The notes under the pieces were generated by a model that was given only the letters and a program-made list of their open reading frames with translations, was not told the DNA's origin and ran no database searches. The position numbers were made by a program, and so were the translations under genes. From positions 98,658 to 162,657 of the forward strand of contig MCFE01000118.1 in NCBI GenBank assembly GCA_002104905.1: DNA of 64,000 bases, written 5' to 3'. This DNA comes from Basidiobolus meristosporus CBS 931.73 (lineage: Eukaryota > Fungi > Basidiobolomycota). Position 1 is the first letter of the stretch. Every line of letters starts with the position of its first letter. Below, one piece after another: positions 1 through 12,929 of this stretch.

Positions 1-3000
1 TCCAAACTTCATCAGGATCTCATGGTAAATGAAACTTGCAACTTCTTGTTCACTGGCTATTGTTACAGCTTTAGCAACTGGCCATTTAGTGGCATGGTCA
101 ATTGCTACTATGATCCAATGGTTTCATTTCCTGGTAGTTGGCAGTCTTCCAATAAGTCAATTCCCCATCTCTCAAATGGTCTTACAGGCTCCAAAGGGAA
201 GAGTTTGGCAATTCTTTGTGGCTGGCATTCATTGATTTGGCAGTTTGGGCATGTTTTTACTAGCTTCTCAGTATCTTGTTTCATTCTGGGCCACCATGCT
301 CTGGCTTTCACAAGGCCATAGGTTCCTTCAATCCCTAGATGTCCATATCCATTGTGTAGCTTATATATTAAATCCAGGCAAGCAACATAAGGACAATAGG
401 CAATAGGGCTTCCATCAACAATTTGGTAGAGTGTTTCATCCTGTACTACAAATTTGCTGGCTTCATCACAAATTATCTTCTTGATATCTTCATCCACCTC
501 ATTAGGAATGGCTTGGTCCTCCAAGTACTTTGGTAATAGGCTAGGCCAATCTGATTCATGCACCAGGTTGAGTTGTGCAACTTGATCTAATCTTGGTAAG
601 GCATCAGCAACTGTGTTGTTTTTTCCAGGGCAGTAGACAATCTCCAGGTCAAATTGCTGAATGTATTCACTCCATCTTGTCATTCTTCTAGAGAGTACCT
701 TCTGAGTAAATATGTACTTGAGGGAGGCATGATCAGTCTTCACAGTGCATTTGACTCCTTCAATGTAGCATCTCCATGTCTTCAAACAGTGTATTATAGC
801 AAGCATCTCCTTCTCATGGACTGGATAGTTTTGTTCTGCTGAGTTCAGTTTCTTGGATTCAAAGGCAACAGGGTAGTCCTTTCCCTTGTGTTCTTGGCTC
901 AGCACTCCACCAATTGCATAATCTGAAGCATCTGTGCACAGAGTGAACTCTTTTCTGAAGTCTGGTATTCTTAAGCTTGGCAGCTAAGCAAGTTCATTCT
1001 TGAGTGTCTGGAAGGCAGTCTCACTAGCTATGTCACACTTGTAGGTATTGTCTTTCTTGAGGATATCAGTTAAAGAGGCTGCAATACTTGCAAACAACTT
1101 GGCAAATCTCCAATAATAGGACACCATTCCAAGGAATGATCTGAGCTCTGATATGCTATGGGGCTGTTTCAGATTCTTGATTACTTCCACCTTCTTGGGG
1201 TCTAAGGTTACTCCAGTGCTAGTCACTATGTGTCCCAGATATTCATCATGTTCCTTGAAGAACTCACACTTGGGTAGCTTGTCATAAAGCTTGTTCTCTG
1301 TTAACTTCTTCAAGACCTTTTCAATGTGCACTAAGTGATCCTCTTCTGTCTAGCTGTATATAAGTATATCATCTAGGTAGATTATGACAAACTTGTCTAA
1401 GTACTCCTGCAAGACAGTGTGCATCAGGGTCATGAGAGTTGCAGGGGCATTGGTGAGGCCAAAACTCATGACTAAGTACTTGTAATATCCATATCTAGTC
1501 CTGCATGCTGTCTTAGGGATGTCTTCTAGCTTCACCCTAATCTGGTTGTATTCTGAAATGAGGTCAATCTTGCTGAAAATAGTGGCTCCATTAAGTTGGT
1601 CCAAAGGCTCATCAATCCAAGGTATGGGGTACTTATTCTCAACAGTAACTGAGTATAGGGCTCTGTAATCAATACACATCCTAAGTGTTCCATCTTTCTT
1701 TTTCACAGAAAGCACTGGTGCTCCCCAAGGTGACTTGCTGGGTCTGATGTATCCTTGCTCCAATAGCTGATCAATTTGTCTCTTCATTTCCTCCAATTCC
1801 AATGGACTCATTCTGTAAGGTGTCTTGCTCACTGGAGGGCTATCTCCTGTGTCAATGGCATGATCCACATCTCTGACTGGTGGTAAGCTTACAAGCTCAT
1901 CTGGAAACATGTCTGAATATTTCTTCAAGAGAGTCTGGACCTGCTGGGGTGCTGGAGTAGCGGAATCCTCCTGTAATACTGCCATGAGGAACATCTCAGT
2001 ACCTTATTTAAGCGCTCTACAGAACTGGGTCTTGCTAAGTTCACTTGTCTCACACACACTGAAATTGACCAAGTTGAAATCCAGCCTGGCAGGTAATAGC
2101 TCATAGGTCTTGTTGTCCTTTTGGATCTGAGTAGCATGAGTTCTCCAGTTGATTGATGGATTACAACAAAATAGCCAGGTTTTTCCAAGTACAAGGTCAA
2201 ACTTGCAGTTCCCAAATATATAAGCCTGTAGGTCTTCTTCATCGTCATTGATCTTCATTCTTACTGGCTGGGTAATATGGTTGATTATGTGGCAGTTCCC
2301 ATCAGCTGTGGAGACTGAAGTTGATTTGGTAGGTTCTGAGTTGTTCCAGCTTTCAAGGCAAATTGCTCTGACATGTACTCATGTGATGCACCAGAGTCAA
2401 TCATGATTTTGGCAGGTACTCCATTCATTACTCCATTTAAGTACAATAACTTTCCTGAGTTTGAGGTCATTTGGGACAAGTACTCTTCTGTCATATGCAA
2501 GGTGAGTTCCAAGTCTTCTTCAAGCTCATCTTCCACATTACTGTGTTCATGGGACTCAATATGGTTGAAGGTTCTTGTTGGCTGGTATCCATTTCTTCTG
2601 TGAGGGCAGTACTTTGCAATATGTCCTTGCTGGTGGCAATTGAAGCAAAGTCCTTTCTTCTTATATTCTTCTGAGGTAGGATTCTTCTGCATAGTGTCTA
2701 TTTCCAATGGCACTGCTTCTGACTGTCTTTTTTCATAGTGATTGTAGCCTTTCTGATTAGTCACTGTAGGCTTACAACTCCAAACATAGCTGAGTCATAG
2801 TCAATTGCAATCTTGATGACTTCTTCTATAGTCTGAGGTCTGCAATAATTCACTTCCTTGCAAGTTGTTTCTTTCTACCCATCAATAAAGTATTCAACTT
2901 GATCCAGGGGGTCCATTCCTTCAATTTGTCCAAGTAGACATCTGTACTCATAGTTGTATTCCTGAACCATTCCTTTCTGTCTGAGTGTCTTTAACTTCCT

Positions 3001-3864
3001 TCTTAGTAGTGTCTGCTGGTGTGGAGGTTCAAAAGCATCCTGAATTTCCTACACAAACTCATCCCAGGTAGAGATTGTGAAGCACCCCATCATAGTGGCT
3101 GACCTGATCTTGTTGTGATACCACTGTAAAGCTGCATCTGCCAGGTAAGAAGCTGCATAATGTAACTTGCTTTCTGGAGCAATTCCTTTAGCTTTGAAAG
3201 CTTCTTCAATCTGAAAGAGCCAAGTTCCCAGGTTTTCAATGACTCTGCCATGGTACCAGTTGACCTTCACACTAAGGTTGCTCTTAACAGGGCTTTGCTG
3301 GTTCTGAGCCATTGTAGTCATTCCTTGTTCCTGTTGACTGAGGATCTGGAGTAACTGTAGCTGTTGGGCCAGGATTTGCTGCATAGCATTCTTCCATTCT
3401 TGATTGTCTGACATCTTGAGGGTGTTTTCTTCTTTCTTCAGGAGGGAGGTTTCTGGTTATTGCTGCTATCAATGCTACAAGTCTTGGTATAAGAGTTGTA
3501 GCGGAATAGGGAGTTTAGCTAGTATTGTATTCAATAAAACTTGAATTGATTTTTATGGAGGTTTCAGCAGCTCCTTATACACATTTTGCCAGATCAATTG
3601 CTGACTAACTGTATTTCCTAATGTAGGTTGTGGCTGATGACTCATTTGATTGCATCATCATCACCCAATAAGATCTTACTCAGTGTATCTATTTCTGTCT
3701 GATAAGGATCTGCTGATTCATTTGCTGACTAATGCTACTGATTTCATAGATAATACTGATATACTGATAACCTAAACATATACTAACTGATTTGACTAAA
3801 AACTGATCTAACTTAAACATTCAAGCGGCAGATCATAACACATACTCCATTCTGAATTGCTACA
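1..3864 (-). mobile_element. Degenerate Ty3/gypsy LTR retrotransposon (5' LTR, gag, PR, RT, RNase H, start of IN); continues beyond the left edge of the window
   Basis: Minus-strand ORF fragments in gypsy order: gag (LGTWLFQIEEAF, 3049-3414), CCHC knuckle CFNCHQQGHIAKYC and protease DSGAS (2285-2764), RT with [21 protein letters not shown] (1350-1994), RNase H (VKTDHASL) and IN zinc finger H-x4-H...CPNC plus ERWGID (108-905). Several stops and frameshifts. Confidence 0.95.
3497..3864 (-). repeat. Probable 5' LTR of the gypsy element
   Basis: Bounded by inverted termini TGTAGC...GCTACA and lies immediately upstream of gag. An alternative outer end at 3840 (TGTTAT...) cannot be excluded because the partner LTR is outside the window. 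Confidence 0.6.
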
Positions 3865-3869
3865 ACCCT

Positions 3870-4790
3870 CTAATATTTGTTTATCAGCTCAAATGCAAGT
3901 CATTGTCCATGAGGGTAGCTGCAGGCTTGCAATTTTCTATTCTGAAGCATCTAAGAATGTCCCATATGTACTTAGACTAGTTCAGCACAATTTTCTGCCT
4001 AGATATGTCAAATATGACTTCAATTCCAAGAAAATAGCTCAATTTTCCATGATCTTCCATCTTAAACTTGCTGATGATATCTGACTTTGTCTGTTTAGGT
4101 ACCTCCATGTCACTGGTAGCTATTATTTGAACATCCATATACAGAACTAGAACGGTCACACCCTCTTTGAGCTGTCTCACATAAATTCTGAGATATACAG
4201 TGCTACAAATGACCTCAATTGCCTCTAGATATTTGTCAATTGTGTTATTCCATGTGCTAGGTGCCTGCTTAAGCCCATATAACTATTTCCTAAGTCTGCA
4301 CACCTGATGGGGGCCTTTTGGATGAGTAAAACCTTCTGGTTGCTCCATATACATGTATTCTTGCAGAGTCTCATTTAGAGAGGCTGTTTTGATGTCCTTT
4401 TTGTGTAGATCTGGACTAAGTACAGCTGCCAGGGCTAAAACTGCTCTAATGGAGTCCAACTTGGCAACTGGCGCAAATATTTCCTCAAAGTCTAGGTCCT
4501 GGTTCTGGGAATAGCCTTTAGCTGCCAATCCAGCTTTGCACTTATGAAAGGTATTGTTTGAGGTTATCTTGTTCAAATAGACCCATCTACATACTATTAG
4601 CTTTCACCCATTTGGTAAATCTACTGGTTACCATGTTTTTGCCATAATCAGTGATTGGTACTCCTCCTACAAGGCTTGATGCCTCATAGTAGCATCTGGG
4701 CTTTGCATTGCATGTTACAGCTTGTGAGGTTTGGCACATAAGACAAGTTAAGCTTCTTCATGATCATTGAATGTCTGCCACCCCTATGAA
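3870..4790 (-). pseudogene. Ty1/copia RT fragment, different from the main copia family
   Basis: KAGLAAKGYSQ, FAPVAK, DIKTASLN, YMEQPEGF (4283-4576) and LYMDV...YFLGIEV (3977-4180). Confidence 0.9.
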
Positions 4791-5390
4791 GTATTATTGG
4801 GATGATCCCATCAAGAGGCCGCCACAAAGTGAAAGTCCTGTGACTAAGAGTTACTGATCTTGTTAAGACACTGTCAAGAGACTGAGCAAAAATAATTGCA
4901 CCCCAGGTTTGACAAAAAACTTAGTCAAAATTTCTCATCACAACAATGTATAAGTGGCTTTGTATTGGTTCCCTTCCAATTTGCTCACTTTCTGATCCTG
5001 GACACTCTATTGCCTCCTATGTTTGCGTGAATTGATTAGCCATTGCCTCTTTTTCACACTCCTTACTTCCTGATTGAACCATTCCTCTTACTTTTCATGT
5101 GTACAAATTGATTTATTTCTGTTGAAACTTCAGTTGTACCTCAATTGCCAATTGTATTGACCTATTCAAGTCCCTATACCCAACACTAACATTAAGCTCA
5201 ACCTCACACTCAACAAGTAACTCCATTAAAATCCACCACTCAATAAGTATTTCTGCTGTAATGCTCTGGTTCCACCACTTTGGTGGGAACCCAATGGCTT
5301 AATTCCACTGTTCATTCACTGGTTCTCACACATCCTGGTCTTCAGCAGGTACTGCAAGGTCTAGCACCTCATCTGCCAGTCTTTACAATA

Positions 5391-6122
5391 GACTTGTTCC
5401 GTCAGATAGTGCCACATTGAGCCATGAGTGCCAAATGATGCCATAGTGAGCCAGAGAGGCCAAGTGAGCCTCTACCTGGCCACAGAGTGTGAAACATAGC
5501 TCTGCATCCTCATGCAAAGCAGCCCCTGTGTTTCACCTATTGTGTTGGAGAAAATCCATTTTTTGACCTTTTTTTTTGGATCAATGTTATGCAGGATGTG
5601 TTAGAGCACAAGCAGATTGAAGATATGCATCTGGTTCTCAATACCCATGGCACTCTGAATCTAGCTCCTGTAGCTTGTATCATGTTACAAAAATGAATGG
5701 CACTATCTTGGTCCACTGGTACTATCTGGCACTATAAGTGCTTTGTATAGATCTTACTTTAGGTCTAATATTTAAATATAGTGCCAGAAAGTACCAGTGG
5801 ACCAAGATAGTGCCATTCATTTTTGTAACATGATACAAGCTACAGGAGCTAGATTCAGAGTGCCATGGGTATTGAGTACCAGACGCATATCTTCAGTTCT
5901 CCTGTGCTCTTACACATCCTGAGCTACATTGATCCACAAAAAAAGGTCAAAAAATGGATTTTCTCCTGCGCAATGGGTGAAACACAGGGGCTGCTTTACA
6001 TGAAGATGCAGAGCTATGTTTCACACTCTGTGGCCCAGCATAGGCTCACTTTACCTCTCTGGCACACTATGGCATCATTTGGCACTCATGGCTCAATGTG
6101 GCACTATCCAACAGAACAAGTC
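5391..6122. mobile_element. Foldback MITE (732 bp, two arms of about 346 bp around a 40-bp loop), non-autonomous relative of the PIF/Harbinger-type element at 16513
   Basis: 5391-5736 is the reverse complement of 5777-6122. The termini GACTTGTTC...GAACAAGTC are flanked by TA on both sides. The terminal ~30 bp match the element end at 16513 (GACTTGTTCCATTGGATATTGCCACAT). Confidence 0.85.
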
Positions 6123-7500
6123 TAATAAATCCTTGCAATATTCCAATGCATTTTCTTGAGCATTGCTCTTGAAGAAGTGCTGCAACCTCTTGGTGTGCCT
6201 ATTGATGTTCCAAAACTCCACTGAAGGCATTGTGATAGTCTTTTAAGTTCTTGACATTGTAGCCTGTCTGTCAGTGGGATCTCCACTCTTTCAACAATGG
6301 AGGCTGTGGATGCTGTGGCAGACAAATTGCTTTTTTCAGCAAGCTCATCTACCTTGCTGGAGTGTAGATCAACTGGCTGCGCTATCAACTCTTGTGAAAA
6401 CAGCTGTTTTCTTGTTGGTAATTCTTCTTGGCTATGATGGGATTCGGATTGCTCCTGGCTTGTGGCATTATTTGGCAAGAACTGCAGCTTTTCTTGCATG
6501 CCTCCCTGTCTCAGGCTTGGGTAGATATTTTTCCCTTTACCTTTTCCTTTATTACTGCCAGGTCCTTCACGGCTACTCTGACTGAGTGCTTCCTGGGTGT
6601 TACAACACTTTTTCCTTAATAAACATTGTGCTGGTGTACCCATGTTAGCCTGCTTGTCCCTGATTGTCACTCTTCCAGCAACCTGATGTCTTTTGATGCT
6701 TGTCTGGAGCTTTTGGCCCTGCTTGTAATGGGCTCTTGAGGAAGCTGCTGGTTGTTAGCCATGCTACCCTTGTTCTTCTGCCTTTGATAGTTTCTGCTAT
6801 TCTTGAGATACTTTCTTAGCATACCAATGCTGGCCCAAAATCTGTTTGCCTGTTTGAATCCAGGATAATGTTTATGGAACAAGTCAAGTGCATTCTGCTT
6901 GGCCTTGAGTTCCTGATGGTCCCCTAGTATGCCAGCCTTAAGGTGATGGCATGCTAGACTTCTGACAGCCTCTTATATATTAGCCTACTCTTCATCATTG
7001 CACTCAATGGCTACACGGTTCTTCAACGTCTTTTGATATTTAGGCTTTAGTATTCACACCACATTGTCTCCCTCCCCCACTGCAATAGGTTTTTCTGTGG
7101 GTTTTATCTTTAGGCTCTGCTGTTGAGCTTCAAAGATTATACAGTGTTCCTCTACTGTTACATTAGGAAATGGCTCAACTCCTGGCTGTGACATTGAGCT
7201 ACTTGAGTTCCTTCTTTGCAGCAAAGATACTGCTTTCTCTATCTAGTATATTGATTGATCTACAAGTATTATCCACTCATCCTGTTTCTGGACTATTTCC
7301 TGATTTCTCTGGGCTATTGCATCTATCCTATCAGCCACTGCACCTAATTGCTTCATTAATGCTCTGGTATGAGCTGACAACATACTTGCTAATATGGATG
7401 GTGGTGATGTTATCATGGCCACTTGCTGATCTTCAACTGAGGGTACTGTGTTTGCTACATTCTCATCTACCTGAGCATAATGGTCAGCTTGTGGCTTGCA
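6123..7500 (-). pseudogene. Degenerate ORF of unknown function, divergent from the CACTA transposase (possible second gene of that element); interrupted by the MITE
   Basis: Low-complexity ORF pieces at 6122-6670 and 6667-6882. With the MITE and one TA removed, a protein-like frame continues leftward (ENALEYCKDLLL*RLADEVLDLAVPAEDQD). No recognisable domain. Confidence 0.35.
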
Positions 7501-7930
7501 GAGGTTCTCAATTGCCTACTTGTCTGAGAGCCTGAGGAGTCTGCATTATTACCTTCAATGGGCACACTATCCACAGGGTATTTTTTGGATATAGCCCTGC
7601 TTTTTGCACTGAATTTTAGAGCAAGCTGTTGTCCAACCATTCTTCTGTTGCTGTCAGTGGTGGGATTTGGCTGAGAACAGACAACTTTGCTTTATTTTTT
7701 GGCGGCATATATATGGAAGTGAGTCAAACCAAAGGGGATATAGTGTTACATATATGTGTGTATGTGGTGCCACAACTTTATTTATAATGCTTACTATGGT
7801 GGTTCATCATTGAATCTTACATTCATGTAGGTGCAATGTCTCAAATACAAGACTGTTTTAAGTTCACATGAGTATTGACCAAAAAGTGATATAATAGCAT
7901 TATGTTGTTGAAGGTCAAACTGTTTGCCCC

Positions 7931-10480
7931 ATGGACAAGACTACTTTGACTCAACACTGCAAGAGGAGAGAAAAAAGGCCATGTGGCTATTGTGGCAAGC
8001 CTCTTGGCCATGAAGCACACAGACAGCATAGGAAGTATTACAAGGATCACAGCCAGTATTTTGCCGCACAGTCATATTTGACCATTCATTGGTCACTACT
8101 GCACCAACATTATCTTGCCAGCCAGTTGATACTTCTATATTGGGACCTGGCCATCTTTGTCATATTGTGCAAACTGAGTCAGGTGAGTTTGTGACACCTT
8201 TAGGCTCACCTCAGCCTTCTGAATATGGCACGCAGAGTGATAGCTCTGACATAGAAGGTTCACTAAAGGATTTTGGGCCTCTCTCCCCTAACAGCTGTAC
8301 CACATATGAGCCTGATCAAATCCCTATAAACAATGAGACAACACCTGTTGAGACAAATGCCAAGGATACTTTATGGAGCCAAGTAAGCGCAGTAATCCAT
8401 CTGCTGGTGAATGATGCGATGTTGTGGCTAGAGAAGTGGCGTGTTTCCACTAATATCAGTAATGGGGGCTTTGCGGATTAATTACTACTTCTTGCCAAAA
8501 TCATACTGGGATGCAAGTTACTATGTAAATGGTAAAGTGGACAATAGTCATGTGGCTGGCAACATATGATCCAGAGACTGTCCTGATTCCAGCATTTGTT
8601 AACAGTTGCATGGCATTCACATCCAAAATTGCTACCATTGCAACATGTCCAAATTGTCAGGAATCCACCACCACTGAGGGTAACATTGTTCACACTCCGG
8701 ATATATTTTGGTCATACCCTACCCAAGGAAGCTCATGGAGTCCAACAGATATTGCAAAGCTATACAGTACCGCACTCAGTATCAATCAAGCGCAAGCATA
8801 TCCAATGTATTTGATGGCAAACATTACAAACAGCTAAGAAGCAAGGGCTACTTTGCAGGTATGTATGACCATGACTTTGCTTTAGCACTTGATGGATTCT
8901 CATTAAGCAAGTACTCTACCAGCAAATCCTGCTAGCCACTGATTCTCATCAATTGGAATCTGCCGCCCATCTTATGGTATCAGAGCAATAATCTGATGGT
9001 AGTCTCACTGGTATCTAGGCCTAAAGCACTGTCTAACCTGGATAGCTTCCTGTATACATAGCTGGATGAATTTTGTATGCTTTCCAGGGGGATAACGGTA
9101 GGTTGCCATCATGTAAAAGTGCATTTTATTATCTGCATAGGAGATACCCCAGCTATCAGCAAGATAGCCGGTTTTTCTGGGTACAATGGACAGTATTGCT
9201 GTTAAATATGTGAAATCCAGAGGAATTACTCTATAACTCACATACATTATTATTACCCAAGAACCAGCACTAAGAACATCATCTTTCCACAGAGAGAATG
9301 TACCAAAGTAAGAATACAAATGCAGCAGAGTTAACAAGCTATATGCCATTGGCCAGAATATGGAATCAATTGGAAACTTGAGATACTTCAGATAGAAGGT
9401 ATATGTTGGAGCAAAAGCTTTCCACTGGGAGCAATGCATTTGCTTTTCAACAATATCCCTATACTGATGATCAAGTTGTAAATGGGGGATATCAAGCTCA
9501 ATGAGCCCTTTGAGATACCGGAGAAATTTGAAAGAATTGGGAAGATATTACAAAGTATCTGCTTCCCTAAGTACTTCACATGGGCTCCAATTAATATTCA
9601 TACACATATTCAACAATACAAATGCAAAGACTGAATGAACTGGATATGTATTTATTTAAGTGGTGTTCTGAAGCCATTCCCACCAAGAGTACATTGGAAG
9701 CATTGGGAGTCATATGTGGACATTGTAGGAATAATTATCCCAAAGCGGATCACCAATGCCAACTTGATGCATCTACAGCTGTTGTGTGCGGAGTTTGTAA
9801 CAGGATTTGAGCGGCTATACTACAAACATAAAGCTGAATGTGTAGATCCTTGCCTCTACTGCATCCATGCTCTACACCATCTTGCACGGTGTGTGGAGAA
9901 TATTGGGCCTTGCTTCACCTTTTGGGAGTTTCCTAAGGAGTGGATGTGTGGGGAGATAGGAAGATAAGTCAAGTTGCAGGTACTACCATATCCCAATCTC
10001 ATCAAGAATATTACCTTCAAGTCTGTCATGGATGTGATGAGTTGGCACATGGAGGACAGCCAGAAAGAGTTGGAAAATACTGAGGACAAATGTGCACATG
10101 GAGACACCTATGCCTATGGCATTAAGAAACTAAGCAGCCCCAATGAGTGGGAAATCAATTAGGTAATGCAAAGTTGGGTTGGGTGCAACAAGCAACTAAT
10201 TTTATCAGGAAAACTCCACCAAGATATGCCAAATTTCTTGTGATCACAAGCAAACTTCTACACCATTCAATATGGAACTCACACAAAAAAAAGTCAGAGC
10301 GCACCAATAAGGGGAACTAGAATCCAGCAGGGAGAAGGAATATATTGGCTAAATACCAAGAAGTTCTTTGCAAATATTCAGGAGGTATTCATGGCAGAAG
10401 TGGTAACAACCAAGCATATGCTTGCAAGATGTATATGTTACCAGCAGTACAAGGTATATGGCAACTTTGTAAGTATCACA
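7931..10480 (+). mobile_element. Degenerate CACTA/EnSpm (CMC superfamily) transposase
   Basis: VFDGKHYKQL...LALDGFS...PLILINWNLPP (8800-8970), GDTPAISKIAGFSGYNGQYCC (~9140-9200) and FERLYY...CIHALHHLARCVENIGPCFTFWEFPKEWMCG (9635-9967), all characteristic of fungal/plant TNP2-like transposases. Upstream CxxC motifs. Termini not found. Confidence 0.85.
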
Positions 10481-11099
10481 CTAAAAAGCTGTAAAGTTGA
10501 GGTGATAGATGTCAATTGCGCCAGGTGTGCATGCTTGTAGAGGTTAGTATGCAGGAGGCCATAGTTTTTTTTGATTCAAACTATATGTGGAATACCCAAG
10601 GTAGTAGTGGGTAAGCAAATAAAGAAAGGGGATTCTACAGTGGAATATATGAATTGCACAAGGGGAGGTAGAAAAAGAAAATACCATTTGGTAAATTGGT
10701 ATGGTAGCATTATACAGAGCCAGTGGTAGGCTGTCATACTGCCAATATAATGCCATCAGAGTCTTGCTGTGAGGCTGTCAAAAGACCGTCAAGTTTCTTG
10801 CCATATAAGGCAATTGGATGTCCTGGCCAACTATATTTACTTAAAATAGTTATAGAGCACTAAAAGACCACAGCAATACCATGCAAATGTTGATACAGCA
10901 CCAATGAAATATTGTCAAGTTTTATCCCTTTATTTGGCTGTAAAATTAGCAAAACACTGTCATGATTTTGTTTTAAGATTGTTAGGAGGGTCACTAATTC
11001 CAAGCTGCTGTTATTATGACTGTCTCTAAGCAGGATCTTGATGGCTGATCTAGATTGGATCTACCCACAGGACCAAATTATTTTCATAGGGCACCCAGA

Positions 11100-12929
11100 G
11101 CCAGGGGCATTTCTTAATCTGGTGGATCTCCTAACTAGATAATTTGCTCTGATCTGGAAATGGTAAAATTATCTTCCATTTCTGGCTGAGTTAGGTATGG
11201 ATCTTCATTGAAAGTGTTGATTGCATCCTCAGGCTGCTGGCCAATGATTTCAATGACTTTCTGATCTGTATTCTCCTCAAATACAATATCCCTGCCCTTG
11301 ATCAGCTTCTGAATCTTGCCATCATACACACCATACTCTTTAGTATCCTCACAATACTTAAAAAAGATCCCTTTTCTACTCAAAGGTTCCAGTTTTGAGA
11401 GTTTTTTGTCAGGAATGTGATAAAAATATCATTGCCAAAAATCCAAGGTGCTGGAGGTCTGGTTTCTTGCCTGTATATGTCTCCCAGTTAGGTTTATTAG
11501 TTTCAGTAATGTTGACATACTCAGGTACAACAAACCTGTAGTGAAACTTGTACATATTGTGATATCTAACTCCCAAAGCCAAATTTTGATCATTTGCACT
11601 CAATACTGAGCAGCTCAGCTTAGTAAAAGCCAATTTCAGTCCCTGAGTAGTTGCTTTACTGACTGAGAGTAGGTTCTCAGCTATTCCTGGCACCTAGAGT
11701 ATGTCATTTAGTTTTGCTGTTGTTGCCCCTGAGATATCACTCATATTTAACTGTGTAGACCCACTGGCAGTAGCTACCAGTGCAGAGTTGTCTCCCAGAT
11801 AAACCTTTCTTATAGGAATTTTCTTTTAGTTGCTGGGCCACTCTGTTATGCTGCAAGTGTACTGTGATGCTCCAGAGTCATATACCATTCATTACTCTGG
11901 TTACTTGCACTCTCTGGTGCAGTTACAAATAACTGTTCATCAGTAGTTATATGATTAGCCTGTTCTAGTTTCTGTTTTTTTTCTGCTTGTTTCTTCTTGC
12001 ATTCTCTTGCCCAGTGTGCTGGCTCCATACAGTACTTACAACAACCAGGTTTTCTTTGGTTTTGTTGCTTTCCCTTCATTTCTGTGTACATTTCTGAGCT
12101 GAATTAAGAATTATCATCAATTTTCTCAGCTGAATCATTAGGCTGGAATTCTTCATGGAGTAGTCTTCCTTTGACATAGTGTAAAGTCAGATTGTCTTCT
12201 CTGCTTTCAATAGAAAGTATGAGTTGCTTGTAGTTGTCTGGTAAGCTGTAAATCACACAGAGTATCTTTTCTTCATCATCTATATCAGCATTAATACAGT
12301 AAAGCTCTTCAGCAAGTGTCTCCATTCTGATAATGAGTTGTAGCATGTCATCATCTGACTACTTTCTCATATGAAGAACTTTTACTTCAAATGAAGCTTA
12401 CTTGAAGCTGACTTTGCACCAAGGATGTTCCCCAAGGATTCCCATGCTGCTTTGACAGGATCTGAAGCATGAATCTGTCCAATGAAGGAATTTTGCACAT
12501 TGATGCATATTGCATTTAAGGCTTTTCTCTCCTCCTTTTGAAATTTCCCAACCTCTTCTGCTGTTCCTTTGTGTACAACTTCTCTTGCTGTTACTATACT
12601 TCAGAGCCTCCTTTCCTCAAGGTGGATCTGCTTCTTAGTTCTCTAAAGTCTGTAGTTCTTCCCATCATACCTCTCATTCACAGGGAAAATGTTTGTGTTA
12701 TTCTGTTTGCAGGTAGATGTTGTCCTTGGAATATATTAAGGCAATCAGGGCTTATAACCTGTTACAATTTAAGAAGTGATTTGTATATAAGGAGCTTATC
12801 AGGAAACAGTGATAATGGTATAAATGTTGTTTATTTGCAAAGAAGCTCAGTATTTATTCCTTTGTAAAAGTAATACAACTTCAGCACTAAGTAAGGAGTG
12901 CTTCTCAACAAAAGTAGCATTCTGTAACA
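11100..12929 (-). mobile_element. Second Ty1/copia family, 5' portion (LTR, PBS, gag, zinc knuckle, PR, internally deleted IN)
   Basis: Gag SLPDNYKQLILSIE...VKGRLLHEE (12104-12346), CKYCMEPAHWAREC, protease region, KKPDLQHL. A 170-bp LTR at 12760-12929 has perfect TGTTACA/TGTAACA ends, and a PBS GGTTATAAGCCC lies at 12748-12759 on the minus strand. Confidence 0.88.

Noticed and set aside
4868-4885. CACTG as the left TIR of the CACTA element
   Set aside because: I found no matching inverted end or 3-bp TSD near 10.5-11.1 kb.
6875-6886. 12-bp match (ATGGAACAAGTC) to the Harbinger/MITE TIR
   Set aside because: Similarity does not extend, there is no TA flank, and it lies within an apparent reading frame. 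Probably chance.
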